From Cystobasidiomycetes sp. EMM_F5 (taxonomy: Eukaryota): 64,000 nucleotides of DNA. Within the stretch, counting starts at the first letter, position 1; each line of letters opens with the position of its first letter. Below, piece after piece: positions 1 to 12,219 of the stretch. The notes beneath the pieces were generated by a model. That model had not been told where the DNA came from. It ran no database searches and saw only the letters and a list, made by a program, of their open reading frames with translations. The stretch is from assembly GCA_051047955.1 (NCBI GenBank), contig JBPGPT010000011.1, positions 62,001-126,000 on the forward strand. Reading direction: 5' to 3'. A program made the translations under genes and the position numbers.

Positions 1-778
1 AGTAGACCGGCATAAAAGTGCAGTGATGCAGAGTCGCGAAAGGGATAGGTGGAGAGGGATCTGATGGCAGAAAGTAGCGTTTTGGTTGCATATTGTTATC
101 AGTAGTGGCGCATAGATATGGTAAATGTAGAGTTTGACGGATCGCAATTTACAGAAGAAAGAAAATACAGGCACCGTCAACAGTGTACCCACACTCCCGC
201 ATAAGACGTGTAACAACTCACAACTCGAGCTCTGCCAATGCCGCCGACTCTCGACCGCGTTCTGCCATCAAGAGTATCAATTCCTCCATAACCTGAACGG
301 GTTCCCTGATGCTCTTTGAGTTTGCCTTTCTGTACCTCTTCCTCGAGTGAGTAGCGAGCATGTGACGCAGAAACGCAATCTGAGCTGATGTCTGCGCTTC
401 CTGGTGTGCCGCGACACTGTGCGCCCTGGCCCTTTCCGCTTGCAGAATTCTCGCCTCGAGCGTGGTTGAAGTCGAGGCGGTGTTGCGAGTATCGGTACCC
501 GTACGAGTGGGGACGACATCGACCATGCTCACTGCGTCTCGCCAGTCTAGCCCATAGTCGATGCTGCCCTTTGGATCGCGCATCAGCAGCGCCCAAGCTC
601 TCTTTGCTCTGACGGTATCTCCCCTCTGCAGACATACGCGGTACATATCGTACAGCCTCCGGAGGTCGTTGACCCGAGCAGACTTTACAGTCTCGGGGTC
701 AATGTGAACATACTTGGAAGCGACGCTCGGTGCGTAGATGGGGGAGTAGGGTGGGCAGGGGATGTGCGACATGGTCAA
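1..778 (-). CDS. RRN11: RNA polymerase I core-factor subunit Rrn11-like protein, 3' part runs out of the window
   Basis: ORF 218-778 has LRRLYDMYRVCLQRGDTVRAKRAWALLMR and MEELILLMAERGRESAALAELEL. A GT-AG intron at 61-221 joins it to SLSTYPFRDSASLHFYAGL, resembling the Rrn11 ELELY..PY.DN..LH.YAG region as I recall it. Confidence 0.6.
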
Positions 779-1577
779 GTGGATGAGTGAGTGAGTGAGG
801 TTTCAGGTGTCGCACAGCATGGTGATTGCATTCGCCAGCCGAGTTGTGCGCAGATTTAGCTCATGGCGGTCGATATGCAGACTGCGACTCCGAGCTGCCG
901 GACCAGAGCAAGCAGGGCGAGGAATATCAGAGTATGGGTTGTCCAAGTTGCTCACAAGCTGGCCATGCCCTTCGAGTCCTCGCCGTGACCTGATCGTCTC
1001 CAAGTCTTCCGAAGAAGGCCCGGCACAACACTCGGTTGCACAATACACGACTCGGGATGGCAGGAGACTTTACCGTTCATTTGTATTTACAGTCTAGAAT
1101 ATCATCTCCGCAGCTGTCCCGCAGTGCTGTGTTTGTAGACTGCTGCCCGGTCAAATCCATTGCAGTCGCAGCGGCAACTTGCGAAGAAAGGCCAGTCTTG
1201 GTCTCGATTTCACCAAGTGTACCAAGCTGCCGTGTATCACCAAGAGTATAACCATTATAAACGTCGACAACCCTCTGCTGTGCCAACAGACTGCTACTCC
1301 TTGTAAAAGGTCAGTCGGGCGCACTTTCATCTCGTCGTTTGCATGGAGAGCTGATCGGAGTCGCATTTCCCACATCTCTTGCCTCACTGGACTATTCTGG
1401 TCGTGCATACTCTGCCGCGTCGTCCCCTTTCTCTTCATCTCCGCCGTCCGCTCTGGCTTCCTCCCTTACTCTCTCGGCCTTCGGCATCTCTGGTCGCATA
1501 CATCCGTTAAAATTTCAAAATCCCCCTCGTACAATCTACCGGCGACTGTGCATCGTCATTGCTGCCATTCGCAGACC

Positions 1578-4500
1578 ATGGCTGCTGTGCAAGATACAAA
1601 AAACATGAGCAACGTCGCCGGCGAGGCAAACGGAGTCGCAAATGCAAGCCCAGCTCTGCAGTCGGCAGGTGAAGATGCGAGTGCCGGTCGCACGGCCAAC
1701 CCATCCTCTGGCAACGTAAAGTCGATGCCGACGACTCGTCGTCACTCGGGAGAGCACCCTGGCGTGAATGGCAACCAGCATCCTGCTTCTCCAGCGCCAA
1801 ACCAGAACGGCGGCAATGCAGCCAGTTCCGGTGCGCGTGGTGAAGAGTCGCTCTCTGCTACTCTGGAGCGACTGCGCATCGATGCCAAGCGTGCTGTGAG
1901 CGGGGCTCAGAATGGCGGAATGGGTCCAATCGGGCATCGTGGAGAAGGGTGGGTAGCGAGAAGGAACAGTCGATACACAAACACTGACGACTGACACTTA
2001 TCTTCCTACTCTATCTCACTCATTTGAAACGATAGCCGCTCCCCTGCAACGGCGTCTCGTGTCAGCGGAGCAAAGTCTGCACATCCAAGCTCTGCAGCCG
2101 CAGCTGTAGCCGCAGCTCAAGCCCAGGCAGCTGCTCTTGCTCGTGTACCATCAAATGCAGGAGGAGCAAACGACAATACCAACATGTCCAATTTCATGTT
2201 TGACGACGAACTCGACGCAGAGATGCATTCCTCCACGTATGGCGGAAAGTACCTTCAGATGAACACGGACGATGACAAGTTTCCCATCCTCGTTCGACGT
2301 GATTCGTACCCTGGCATCCTTTCTGCCTCGTCAGCAGCCCTCGACTTGGCTCCCCTCTCGCAAACGCCAAACAGGAATGCCTTTGCGCGTGCTGGACCCG
2401 CTGCTGGAGCACCTACCTCAGCCGGAGATGCAAGTGCTGTCAACGGCCAGCAAGTCAACGGCACTCAGCGGACTTCCGAGTGGCCGCAATTCGCTCAGGA
2501 TGGCGCAACTGGACGAGCAGGTAGTGGATCTGCAGCCACTGGTGCTTCGGCCGGTACCAACGGGACTCCTTCTGCTGCTGCCAGAAACAATGCAGCTGGC
2601 ACACCCAATGCAGCTGCCACGTCTTCTCCTCGTTCGCGCGTAAGCGGTGCAGGACCCGCCCGTTCCGCGACTACCCCAACGGCAGCAAATATCCCTCTGT
2701 CGGCAACCACCGTCTCTTCCTCGAACGCTTCTGGAGGAGCGGTTTCCACTACTGGTAGCGCTGGTACAACTACTAATCCTCCTACTTCTGCTGCAACGAC
2801 AGAGACTTCTGTCGAAGATGCCGAAACAAACTCTCCGTCGCAGATGGTGGACTCCCTGACGGCTTCCCCAAAGCGAGCGACTGCTAATGGATTATCATCC
2901 GCCAACGCCGGGTCTCAGCAGATTGGAACCTCCTCTCCAGAGGAGATCAAGAAGCGCGCACACCTTCAGCGTGAGAGGGAGCGTATCGAGCGGCAGTCTG
3001 CTGCCAACAGCTCAGTCAATCCCGCTGTTCATCTCGAAGGCCACAAATTCTCGGACGGCACGCCTTCGCCTGCAGCAAGGTATGCTGGTGAGCTCGCGGC
3101 TCTGAATGGTACGTTCTCCCCGTATCCGATTGAGCGCGCTGGCCCTGGCGGACCTGGCAACTTTGGCGGACCATACGGACAAGCGGGTGACAACTATGGC
3201 CCATTTGCTGGCAGACGTCCTGGGCCACCCGGTCCTGCTGGACCCGGAGGCGCAGCTGCACAACAACAGAAGCGTGAAGAGCCAAACCGTTTCGCTGGTC
3301 TTCGCTTGGAGGACTTGCAAGGCGACATGGCTGCGCTGTGCAAAGACCAGCATGGTTGTCGATTCCTGCAGAAGAAGCTTGAGGAGGGTAATCCTGAACA
3401 TCGCGACATGATTTTCGCAGAAATCTATCCGCACTTTGCAGAACTCATGACGGACAGCTTTGGCAACTACCTCTCCCAGAAATTGCTCGAGCATTCGTCT
3501 GACGAACAACGCGATGCTCTGCTTGAATCCATCTCTGGCGAGCTCGTCACCATCTCGCTCAACATGCACGGTACTCGCGCCGTTCAAAAGATGGTTGACT
3601 ACCTCTCCACCCAGAGACAGGTCCAATCACTCATCATGGCCCTCAACCTCAACGTCGTCACTCTGATCAAAGACCTGAACGGAAACCACGTCATCCAAAA
3701 ATGCTTGAACACCCTCCCTCCTGAAGACAACCAGTTCATCTACAATGCCGTTGCGGCAAATTGTATCGAAGTGGCTACTCACAGACACGGCTGCTGCGTA
3801 CTGCAGAGATGCATTGACCACGCTTCCGAATCACAGCGTATCCAGCTCGTAACCGAAATTACCTACAACTCGCTCACCCTTGTCCTCGACCCATTCGGCA
3901 ACTATGTCGTTCAGTACGTCCTGGATCTCAACGACTCCCGCTTTATCACTGCTATCGTCAACCAGTTCCGCAACAATGTCTGCGCTCTCTCTGCACAGAA
4001 ATTCTCCTCCAACGTCGTCGAGAAGTGCGTGCGTGTGGCAGACCTCGAGGGTCGAAAAGCACTCATCTCCGAGCTCATCGACCGATCGAGGCTCGAACGT
4101 ATGCTGCGCGACTCGTTCGCGAACTACGTCGTACAGACTGCGCTCGACTACGCCGAACCAGGCCAAAGAGCGGAATTGGTCGCTCTGATTCGCCCTGTGT
4201 TGCCGCTGATTCGCAATACTCCGTATGGCAAGCGCATCCAATCCAAGATTCAGCGAGAAGGCTTCCATGATGGATACGGCCGAGGGGGATACGGACATCC
4301 TGGTATGTACGGTGGAATGCACCATCATCAGCCCCATTCAATGGGTCCGGGTGGCTATTATGGCATGCCGCACCCTGGCGCTTACGGTCCTCCCATGCAC
4401 GGTGGACACCCAGGTCAGCATCATGGCCACCATCCAGGTGGTCCGGGTATGCATGGCAGCCATGCAGGTTCTCCAGGCCCGCAGCATTACCCTGGCGGCC

Positions 4501-4718
4501 CGCCCGGCCCCGCTTCTGCAGAAGCCTACATGGGGCGAGCTGGCCCATACGGGGGCCCAGCGCCTCACCACTACGGTCCAGCGGGTCACATGTCTGCCGC
4601 TCCCCCTCACATGGCTAGTCCTTCCATGAGTCAAGCATTCAGTCCAAACTTTGGGCCGCAAGCAGTCCCTCCTATGGAAGGCGGCTACCCTCAGTCTGCG
4701 GCGTACCCTTACATCTGA
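1578..4718 (+). CDS. PUF4: Pumilio/PUF RNA-binding protein, Puf4/Mpt5 clade
   Basis: ATG 1578; intron 1949-2035 (GTGGGT...GATAG) joins in frame to ORF 2184-4718. Eight PUF repeats with recognition motifs CRFLQ, NYLSQ, TRAVQ, NHVIQ, CCVLQ, NYVVQ, SNVVE, NYVVQ, the Puf4/5-type code. G/H/P/Y-rich C-terminal tail. Confidence 0.9.
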
Positions 4719-5145
4719 GTCGATCTACTACGTCAGACTGTGCAACGAGAATACAGACGTTGATCGCAAATACCCTTTTCAAAATGAGTAAATCTCGCAA
4801 TCTTCTTCTTCCAGTGACAAGCGGGTCAAGGGATAAGCACTTAGGGCAGCCGCTGTTGAGGCACCAGTCTACGCCTCAGGGTCGTGTGATCTGCCATCAC
4901 ATTGCTTTTGGAACGCTTCGTCTCAGCAAACGGCGCATCGGATTCTGTTCTTCCCTCAATATTCAGTCTGTAAATATTCTCACTTGTTGCTCTTCTCGCA
5001 CACACTCTCTTTCACACAACCGGACCGGTACTTCTTTTCCTCGCAACGTGCTTATCAGAGACTGCCGTATGAGAAGATGACATGTCGTTGGAACAATTAG
5101 CAGATGTCGTAAAAGCGAGAATGTCTTCGAGCCGTTTTCCTTTCC

Positions 5146-5190
5146 TTTTGCTTTGCTTTGCTTTTCTTTGCTTTGTTTTGCTTTGCTTGG
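5146..5190. repeat. Imperfect (CTTTG)n pentanucleotide microsatellite
   Basis: ttttgctttgctttgcttttctttgctttgttttgctttgcttgg is visible directly. Confidence 0.85.
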
Positions 5191-5400
5191 CTCGACGTAA
5201 TTATCGGCATTGAGCGGCATAAGCTCAGACGACCAAACAGCCGTTAGGTGTGCACGTTCGTTGCCCACGGCCTGCTTCGTACATCACCTACTGCTGCAGT
5301 CGGTATCGTGCTGACTGCTCACACGTATTTCTCCGCACCCGTCATCCTGCAGTCAACACCCTGCGTCCAGCGACTGACACGCCTCCACTTGTTGTCCGCG

Positions 5401-6512
5401 ATGGGGCTATTCAAACGCAATTCTGCCACGGTGACCCCTTCCCCTTCCACTTCGTCCCAGCAGCACTCAGCAGCCGCAGTTGCAATTTCGTCAGAGGCAC
5501 CGGATCCGCCAGCTTACGATGGACAGGGCAGCCGCACTGACAAAACCACGAAGCTGCCGGCCGCACCCGAGTTGTATCATTTCGACGACACGCCGTTCAC
5601 CGAAACGGTCAGTTTCATATGTCCCTCGGCCAAGCCCGAGTATAAAGCCAGTCCGGCAGAAGTAGAGCGAGTCTCCCGCTCGAGGAGTGTCCAAGTCTCG
5701 CTTTGCGTACCCAAAGCTGAGTATAACGCGGCATCGGGCAAGGAGGCGACACTCGACATCTTTGTATATCTCGAGTTTCCGGGCGGCGACCTTACCGCCG
5801 TCGTCCTTGAAGCAACATACGAACCCTATCTGGCACCATTGCCCACCACCGCAAACGACCAGAGCACGTCTTTTATCACCAAGAAGCCTTGGATAGTGTC
5901 GGCAAGTCTTGCTGCTGCACTCGTAAAGTCCGTCGTTTCAATAAGCGAGTCCTGCGATATACAGCTGACATTTCAGACTCCCAAATAGTCGCGATGTCGA
6001 GCTTGAGACGAAAGGACGCTTCACAAAGACCGGTGTCTTCACGTGAGCTATTCTCATGCACTTACATTCTCGGCCTAGGGTTGACGAACACTCCTCGTTT
6101 TCTGAATAGCCTACGAGATACAGCTAGATCAACATCAGCCTATCCAGCCACCCTGGGCAGCAAACCGCAAGCGATCTGCATAGTATGTTCCGGGCGGCTT
6201 TGCCAATTTGCAATTGCTGAGGACGTCGTTCTTGCTTTTCCACAGACGTCGTCGTATTTCGGTCCTTGCGTGGTCACCTTTCGCGTAGGAGTCGTTCACG
6301 GGAAATACGCACACTGGGACGTCATTAGAGACCCTATACATCAAGAAATACAATGGCAAGCCGGCATCAGGAAAGCTGCCGCGACAATAGGGATGGCGCG
6401 TTGTTGCTGACTCAGCCTTTCTTGCAGACCTATCTTGTTTGACGGACAACGTGTTGATCTCATCAGTGGATACCTTCATGCCGCAAACCAAGTAAAACTA
6501 CTGCCAAGTTAG
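5401..6512 (+). CDS. Uncharacterised protein, tandem paralogue 1 (MG start, PPAY motif)
   Basis: ATG 5401; inferred introns 5928-5976, 6043-6109 and 6371-6427 (the last has a GA donor). Colinear with paralogue 2 across PPAYD, ET..F.CP...PEYK, TLD(I/V)F(V/I)YLE, KPW(I/L)VSA, GRFT, Y(F/L)GPC.V.(F/Y)R.GVVHGKYAH, IQWQ and PILF.G...D..SGY. Confidence 0.75.
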
Positions 6513-6891
6513 GTCTCTCGAGCAACATACAACATGTTAGGCTGCCGCATTCGCCAATCTAATTCTCGCAAGGCGATTCAGGAGGGTTCCCGCATGCCAT
6601 AGCTATCGGCCTGTCCCTGTCTAAAAGTACTGGGGCGTCACAGTTGTCGCAGAACTGGCTCTATCACGTCATGCCATCCCTAGCGACTGGTATGCCGCAC
6701 CACGACCTTGCAGGCGTCCGACTGTCAAGCTGAGACCCAGCTGAGCCGGACAGCAGCTTAACTGGAATCCGCAGTGACTGTGCTTGCCTGCTGGGCATTT
6801 GTGCCCCACCGTATGCTGAGTATCGGTGCCCTGCCTTCCGCTTGCATTCGCTACAAAAACTCGAGAAAGGGCTGTGAACTCTGTCAAAATC

Positions 6892-8016
6892 ATGGGCCTA
6901 CTTCACAGACTTGTAAAGCCTCTTTCGCCTTTGGCTCCTGGGCAATCGAGGCCGGAGGCTTCGACATCTGCTGGATCTGCGCCGTCTGACTCAGCTGAGC
7001 CTCCGGCCTACGACAATGATACACCAAGCACAGATGTCGAGCCGTTTTGTCTTCAAGGTCAACCCTATTTGGAGACTTTGCTATTCAGGTGTCCGAACTA
7101 CGTGCCAGAATATAAAGTCAGTATGGCGAGGAGGGAAGTCTACGCGCAGGCCAGGGTCATTCCAGTCACAGTCAGTTCGCCCATGTCACGCTATGCCGGG
7201 TCAGAAGGGAACGAGCCTACTTTGGACGTCTTCATTTACCTGGAGATACCTTCTTGGGAGTTATACGATATTTACATAAGCGCCATGTATGAGCCTTATA
7301 TCGCTCGTTCAGAGTCGGATGCTTCCATGGCCAATCCGTCCGACAAGCAGGCAAGCATCCCGAAGCCGTGGCTTGTCTCGGCCAAATTGATTACGGAACC
7401 AGGAAAGGGTAAAGGTCCCACACCAGCGGCGAACGAGTAGGCTCCAGTCAGTTATGTAGTGATATGACCCTGCTGACGTCATCAATCCAGGTTAAAAGCT
7501 GAATATCACTTCGAATGCAATGGTCGCTTCACCAGTGCCGGATTGTGGAGGCGAGGGTATGGGCAGCACTAGCGACATGTCTTTCTCAATCGGGTTTCCT
7601 AACAGGATATGCGCCACACAAAATACACTGTATGGTGCTGCTGAGCCGTGCTTGTTGGGTCATCAAGCCGTAACGATTTGCGCAGTGAGTGGCGTATGCA
7701 CAACATGGATGTCAATCGCACTCACGTCTTCTTGGCCTTCAAAGACTTCGGCATATCTAGGTCCATGCACCGTCAGCTATCGCATCGGTGTCGTTCACGG
7801 CAAGTACGCACATGGCATGGCAGAACACGAACTGCACAACAGCGCCATTCAGTGGCAACCGCTAAGCATGTGCGTTCCTCGAGAGGGAATGCTCGTGATA
7901 GAAGAGATGGTCTGACTGAATATCCTTACAGGCCTATTCTATTCAATGGCAAGAGCATGGATTTCGTTAGCGGTTACATTAAAGCAGCTAAGGAGGTCAA
8001 GTCGCTCACGTTGTAG
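6892..8016 (+). CDS. Uncharacterised protein, tandem paralogue 2 (MG start, PPAY motif)
   Basis: ATG 6892; three canonical GT-AG introns (about 7437-7489, about 7557-7604, 7870-7931) give one continuous frame. Shares motifs throughout with 5401-6512. Confidence 0.8.
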
Positions 8017-8343
8017 CAATGACGCGAGCCTGGGTGACCTTTGTGCCAGAATGAGCGAAATAAAGACGGGTCATGAGCTACATACTGAATGTATGGGAAA
8101 CTGAGAGCGAAATCGAGTTCAGGAACATCATCTCTAGCATCGGAGCACACCAGGCCAACCCCCATCATTCCTTTACATCGCAGCCTTATCGACACTTAAC
8201 GTATGCTCGTCATCCCAACCTGGTTGCCAGAGTCAAGATCGACGTGTCTGACCCTGGAATGTATGTGAGGGCCAACTTTCACTGATTGCTAATGTACATG
8301 TAGCCATGCCGTGATGCATGAGTCACGAGGAAATGCGGACATC

Positions 8344-8804
8344 TCAGAAGCTACATTCATATGGCCAGTGCGCAGCCGTTAAACATTTGACTGTTCCACT
8401 CCGACCGCAGTATGCATACTATACCAGCATGAAGCTCAGTTCCAGACGTGTAGTATGAAGGCAGGCTACATGTTACTCACGGTATCATCACCTGGGAGGT
8501 AACCACACTCCTGATTCTTCATGCCGCATTCGCCCGCTGCCTGAGCAGGATCGATACCTTGCCACAATCCAGCAATTTGGAAGGTGCCGGCCGAGGTACA
8601 GCTCACAAAAGCCTTGTAGTTCTCCGTGCAGTACTGTCTGTTGCCTTCGTCACTTGGGTTACAAGTGCCACCGATTGATCGGACAGGCGAGACATCGCCT
8701 ACCATACGCAGGGAGAGAGTTTTGTCGACAGCAATGGCGGCTGTACACGTAATGCTGCCCGCGGCCGTCAAAGCGAGCGTAGCGACTGCGCTATGGTATC
8801 GCAT
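8344..8804 (-). CDS. Small secreted cysteine-rich protein
   Basis: Signal-peptide-like MRYHSAVATLALTAAGSITCTAA. Intron 8419-8480 (GTGAGT...TAG) adds YAYCGRSGTVKCLTAAHWPYECSF*, giving 8 Cys after the signal region. Confidence 0.7.
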
Positions 8805-9133
8805 GTCGTCGCCAGTCGTAATGCCGAAGATCTGCGATTTGTGCGATGGTAGATACAGTAGTCGTGATGTAAAATGTTGAAATGGTGATCAAAAGACAAG
8901 CGGGCCGTCCCGCTTGACTGTTGTTACTATTTGCTAAGGAGGCGTACTGCCTATCGGAGCAGGGCCGCAGGCGGTCGACAAAAGCATAGTAAAAGGGTAG
9001 GCTGCCCATCGGAGGCGATGTTCTCGGCGAACGGTTGTTTTGCAGTTGACCTGTATTTGATTTGCCGACCGCGCGATAGCATTTGATTGGGTGTTACTGC
9101 GGGGACCGGGCAGGAGGACATCAAGTCATTGAA

Positions 9134-9489
9134 TCAGGTGATGTATGACTTCCGATCCATCTTGACGCTGATGATCCTTTCGCCTGGCAGCATGATTAGA
9201 CCAATCTTGCGCGTCTTTCGGCCTGGCGCTTCCTCTGTAGCTCCATCGAGTATGACGTTTTTCTGCGCAGACTCCCATCAGCAAGCTTGGGCGCAAATAC
9301 CAGCTGTTTTGCCCTCACTTGACGGTCCACGGCCATGAAATTGCCCGTAAAGGTTCGCGCATCGTCCCGTATCCTGACCTGCCAGACGGAGCCCAGCATG
9401 TGCGTTATTTGCGAGACGGCGTCGGTATGTGGGTCATCAGCGATGGAAAGGCTAGCTATTCCAGACTCGGGCGCAGAGGAGCTGGCCAT
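9134..9489 (-). CDS. MAK31: Sm-like NatC auxiliary subunit (Mak31/Naa38/LSMD1-like)
   Basis: Sm1 motif MLGSVWQVRIRDDARTFTGNFMAVDRQ, intron 9263-9318, then KNVILDGATE...RKIGLIMLPGERIISVKM (Sm2 motif). Confidence 0.7.
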
Positions 9490-9740
9490 CGTGCCCTGTG
9501 CGAATGCTAGCATCCAGTATGCTCGCAATCAAGGTGATCAAGTGTTCGATTAGCGTTCCTTGATCAAATGGTTTGTCATTTGTAAGGCCACTTTACGCGG
9601 TCTGGCTTTGCCGTTGCAGCAATTGACGGACGGCAGGACTCAGACACCAAGCAGTACTGTACTCTGACGGCGTATCTCTTGGACGCTCCGGCCCTGCGCC
9701 AGCGGACTCTGCTTCCAGTCAGCATCACGAGATACTGCAG

Positions 9741-12219
9741 ATGTCGTCGTCAGACCGCTTCTACAGGAATGGCAGAGGCGGTAGCGGAAGCCCGAGAATG
9801 GCTCGCAGTCTGGTAGCTGTGCTGTTGCTGGCAATGCACTCGGCTTGCGCATACATGCCCGCGAGCTCGACCAACAATACCGACTTTATTACGGTATCGT
9901 CCTTGTTTGCAATGCAGGCAAACTGGCTGCCAACTGGCTCGGTGTTATACCTTGGCGCACTCAGCAGGCAATTGGCAAGCAACGTATCGACGCCAAGCAA
10001 CGTAACCTACTTGCAGGTGAGTTTACTTTCCGCCACTCCTGCTGGTCATCGAGACTCCCGTTGGCGTAGACTTATATTCCGCTTTTTGTGCGCTGACTTG
10101 GTAATCTCACGCACTCAGGGAGCATTTGTACAGTTTGACGAAACGAGCATCGACACTGCTTCAAATCCAAATCGCAGTCTCAACATACCCTGGGTCGCCC
10201 TCATAAGCTGCGATCCAGATGGCAATACAACCACAAACTCGTCAACAGACATTCTGACGACCGCTGCCACACTAGGAGCAGAAGCTGCAATATTGACCAG
10301 CCGCGCAGGACAGACTTGCGTTATCGATAGCGATTATGCGGCCGCTCATAACGGCTCTATAGACGTCTTCATTCCAGTCAACCGCGGTGCGACGTCGGTA
10401 CTGTATCGCCTCTTTGGCGCCGTGCCAAGTGATGCACAGAACTTCAATGCCACCCTTATGGAGGCTTCGGCCTTCAACATTGCAAATACAATGTCGCTCG
10501 TGCCCGGAGGCGGTTCTCTGGCCACTTCTTCATCTCTCACCGCTTTCGGTTCAACGTCTGCTACGTCAGCCGCTGCGACAGGGTCGTCTACACCTCAGTC
10601 TCGAGGAACTGCATACCTCTTAGCCACGATTGCCCGAGCAAATAATTTTGGTACTTTAATTACCCCAGGCTCTAACGGAGGCACGGTCAGTACTCAGCAG
10701 CAGCAGACTGGCAACAGCAATACCGGACTGGCTATGATCATCCTCTATGCGATTACTGGCTGCGTCACGTTGCTCTTCTTGGTTGTCATCATGTCTGGTG
10801 CGCTCAGAGCTGTCCGGCATCCCGAGCGATATGGTCCGCGGGCTCGCAATCTAGCAGGTACCGGAGATCGTGGTCAGAGTCGCGCCGGTGGATTGGCGAA
10901 AGCGATTCTCGATACTTTTCCCGTCGTCAAGTTTGGCAACCGCGGAAGTCAGCCTACCGATGTGGAGGGACATGCAGACGCTCCAGGCAACGGCTCGAAT
11001 GAGTCTGCCAAAGACGACGACGAAGGTGAGGTGACGCACACAGAAGTCGCTTCTTTACATTCAGGGGGACCGTCAGCGCCTGCTGCGAAAGCCTCGTCGG
11101 AGGGTGTCCGAACTAGCGTGGAGCATGTCAAGATGGTTCCTTTGCGATCGAGTCTTGATGCATCCACTTCAGCAGCACAAGTTACTCATCTCGGACACAG
11201 ATCAGAGCTTTCCGATGCCACTATGGTAGGTTCCGATATTGCGCACAAAAAGCAGGCTACCGCAACTTCGGTCGACACGGCTGGGGCAAGCCAAAGTGCT
11301 GCACCGACAGCTGCTAGCGATACGGTGGAGAGCCGCGAAGCTGCAACAGATGCTGGAGCTGCGCGACCAGAAGGCTGGAACGGTGCAACTTTGGATGGTG
11401 CGGATCCCAACGATGTGAACGATAGCATAACTTGCCCAATTTGCCTACTCGACTTTGAGGAAGGAGAAGATATCCGCATACTACCATGCGATGCACGTCA
11501 CCGTTTCCATGACGAGGTGAGATAATCGTAGACTGATCGCGTGAGGCGAAGGTGCTTATCATCTCCACATGCAGTGCGTGGTGCCGTGGTTGTTGAATGT
11601 TTCGTCACTCTGTCCCTTGTGTCGATTCGATTTTGCTCAGCCTGCTGAAGGGGCCGACGCGGAAGCGAATGCAGAGCCTGCAGCCCCAACTCCCGCAGGC
11701 AGTAGAAACCTACTCGCCGAGGCCTTTATACCAGAGTCTATCCGAGATCTCCTACATCCTCGGACAGGGCGTGCAGCTCGGGAGCGGACTTCGGTCAATC
11801 AAACTCCGCATCCATTTGCGGTCGGTAACATTAGCAGTCGCATGGGTGCCGGTGCGCAATCGATGAGGGTCGTCTCCCGACAGGATACCAGCAGGAATTC
11901 CGCTTCTACGCCAGCAGGCGATAGCGAGACTGGAGCCAGCGGAGATGCCTCGGTCAACGAAGGCGATGTCAGAGCAGCAATTCCTGCAGGCCGCAGTCGA
12001 TTCTTGCGGTATGTCCAACAGCAACGGCAGCGCGTACGTGTGCGATCTGGTTCTACTTCTGCCGGTACTGCCGATGTGGTTCCGGCGAGCCCGACTAGCT
12101 CGCAGCCTGCGAGGAGTACCGGAGCAGCCATTCCTACTACGCCATCTCGCAGGCTGAATCCATTCAATCCTATGCGACGGCTAAGCAGCAATTTGGAGAG
12201 TATCGCCCACCGCGGCTAG
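9741..12219 (+). CDS. Signal peptide + single-TM RING-H2 E3 ubiquitin ligase
   Basis: Hydrophobic leader, luminal domain, TM LAMIILYAITGCVTLLFLVVIMSGAL. RING-H2 CPICLLDFEEGEDIRILPCDARHRFHDE|CVVPWLLNVSSLCPLC is split by intron 11517-11574; a second intron lies at 10017-10118. Start could be 9741 or 9798. Confidence 0.88.

Noticed and set aside
803..1438. Short minus-strand ORFs between RRN11 and the PUF gene
   Set aside because: No recognisable motif and no coherent splice chain; more likely divergent promoter or UTR sequence.
1179..1577. N-terminal extension of ORF 1179-1994
   Set aside because: Begins at a non-ATG codon and crosses a pyrimidine-rich 5' UTR-like tract; ATG 1578 (ACCATGG) is the better start.
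3012..4661. Long antisense ORFs over the PUF gene (similar ones over PMA1, MRE11, crtYB)
   Set aside because: Shadow ORFs expected from codon bias on the coding strand.
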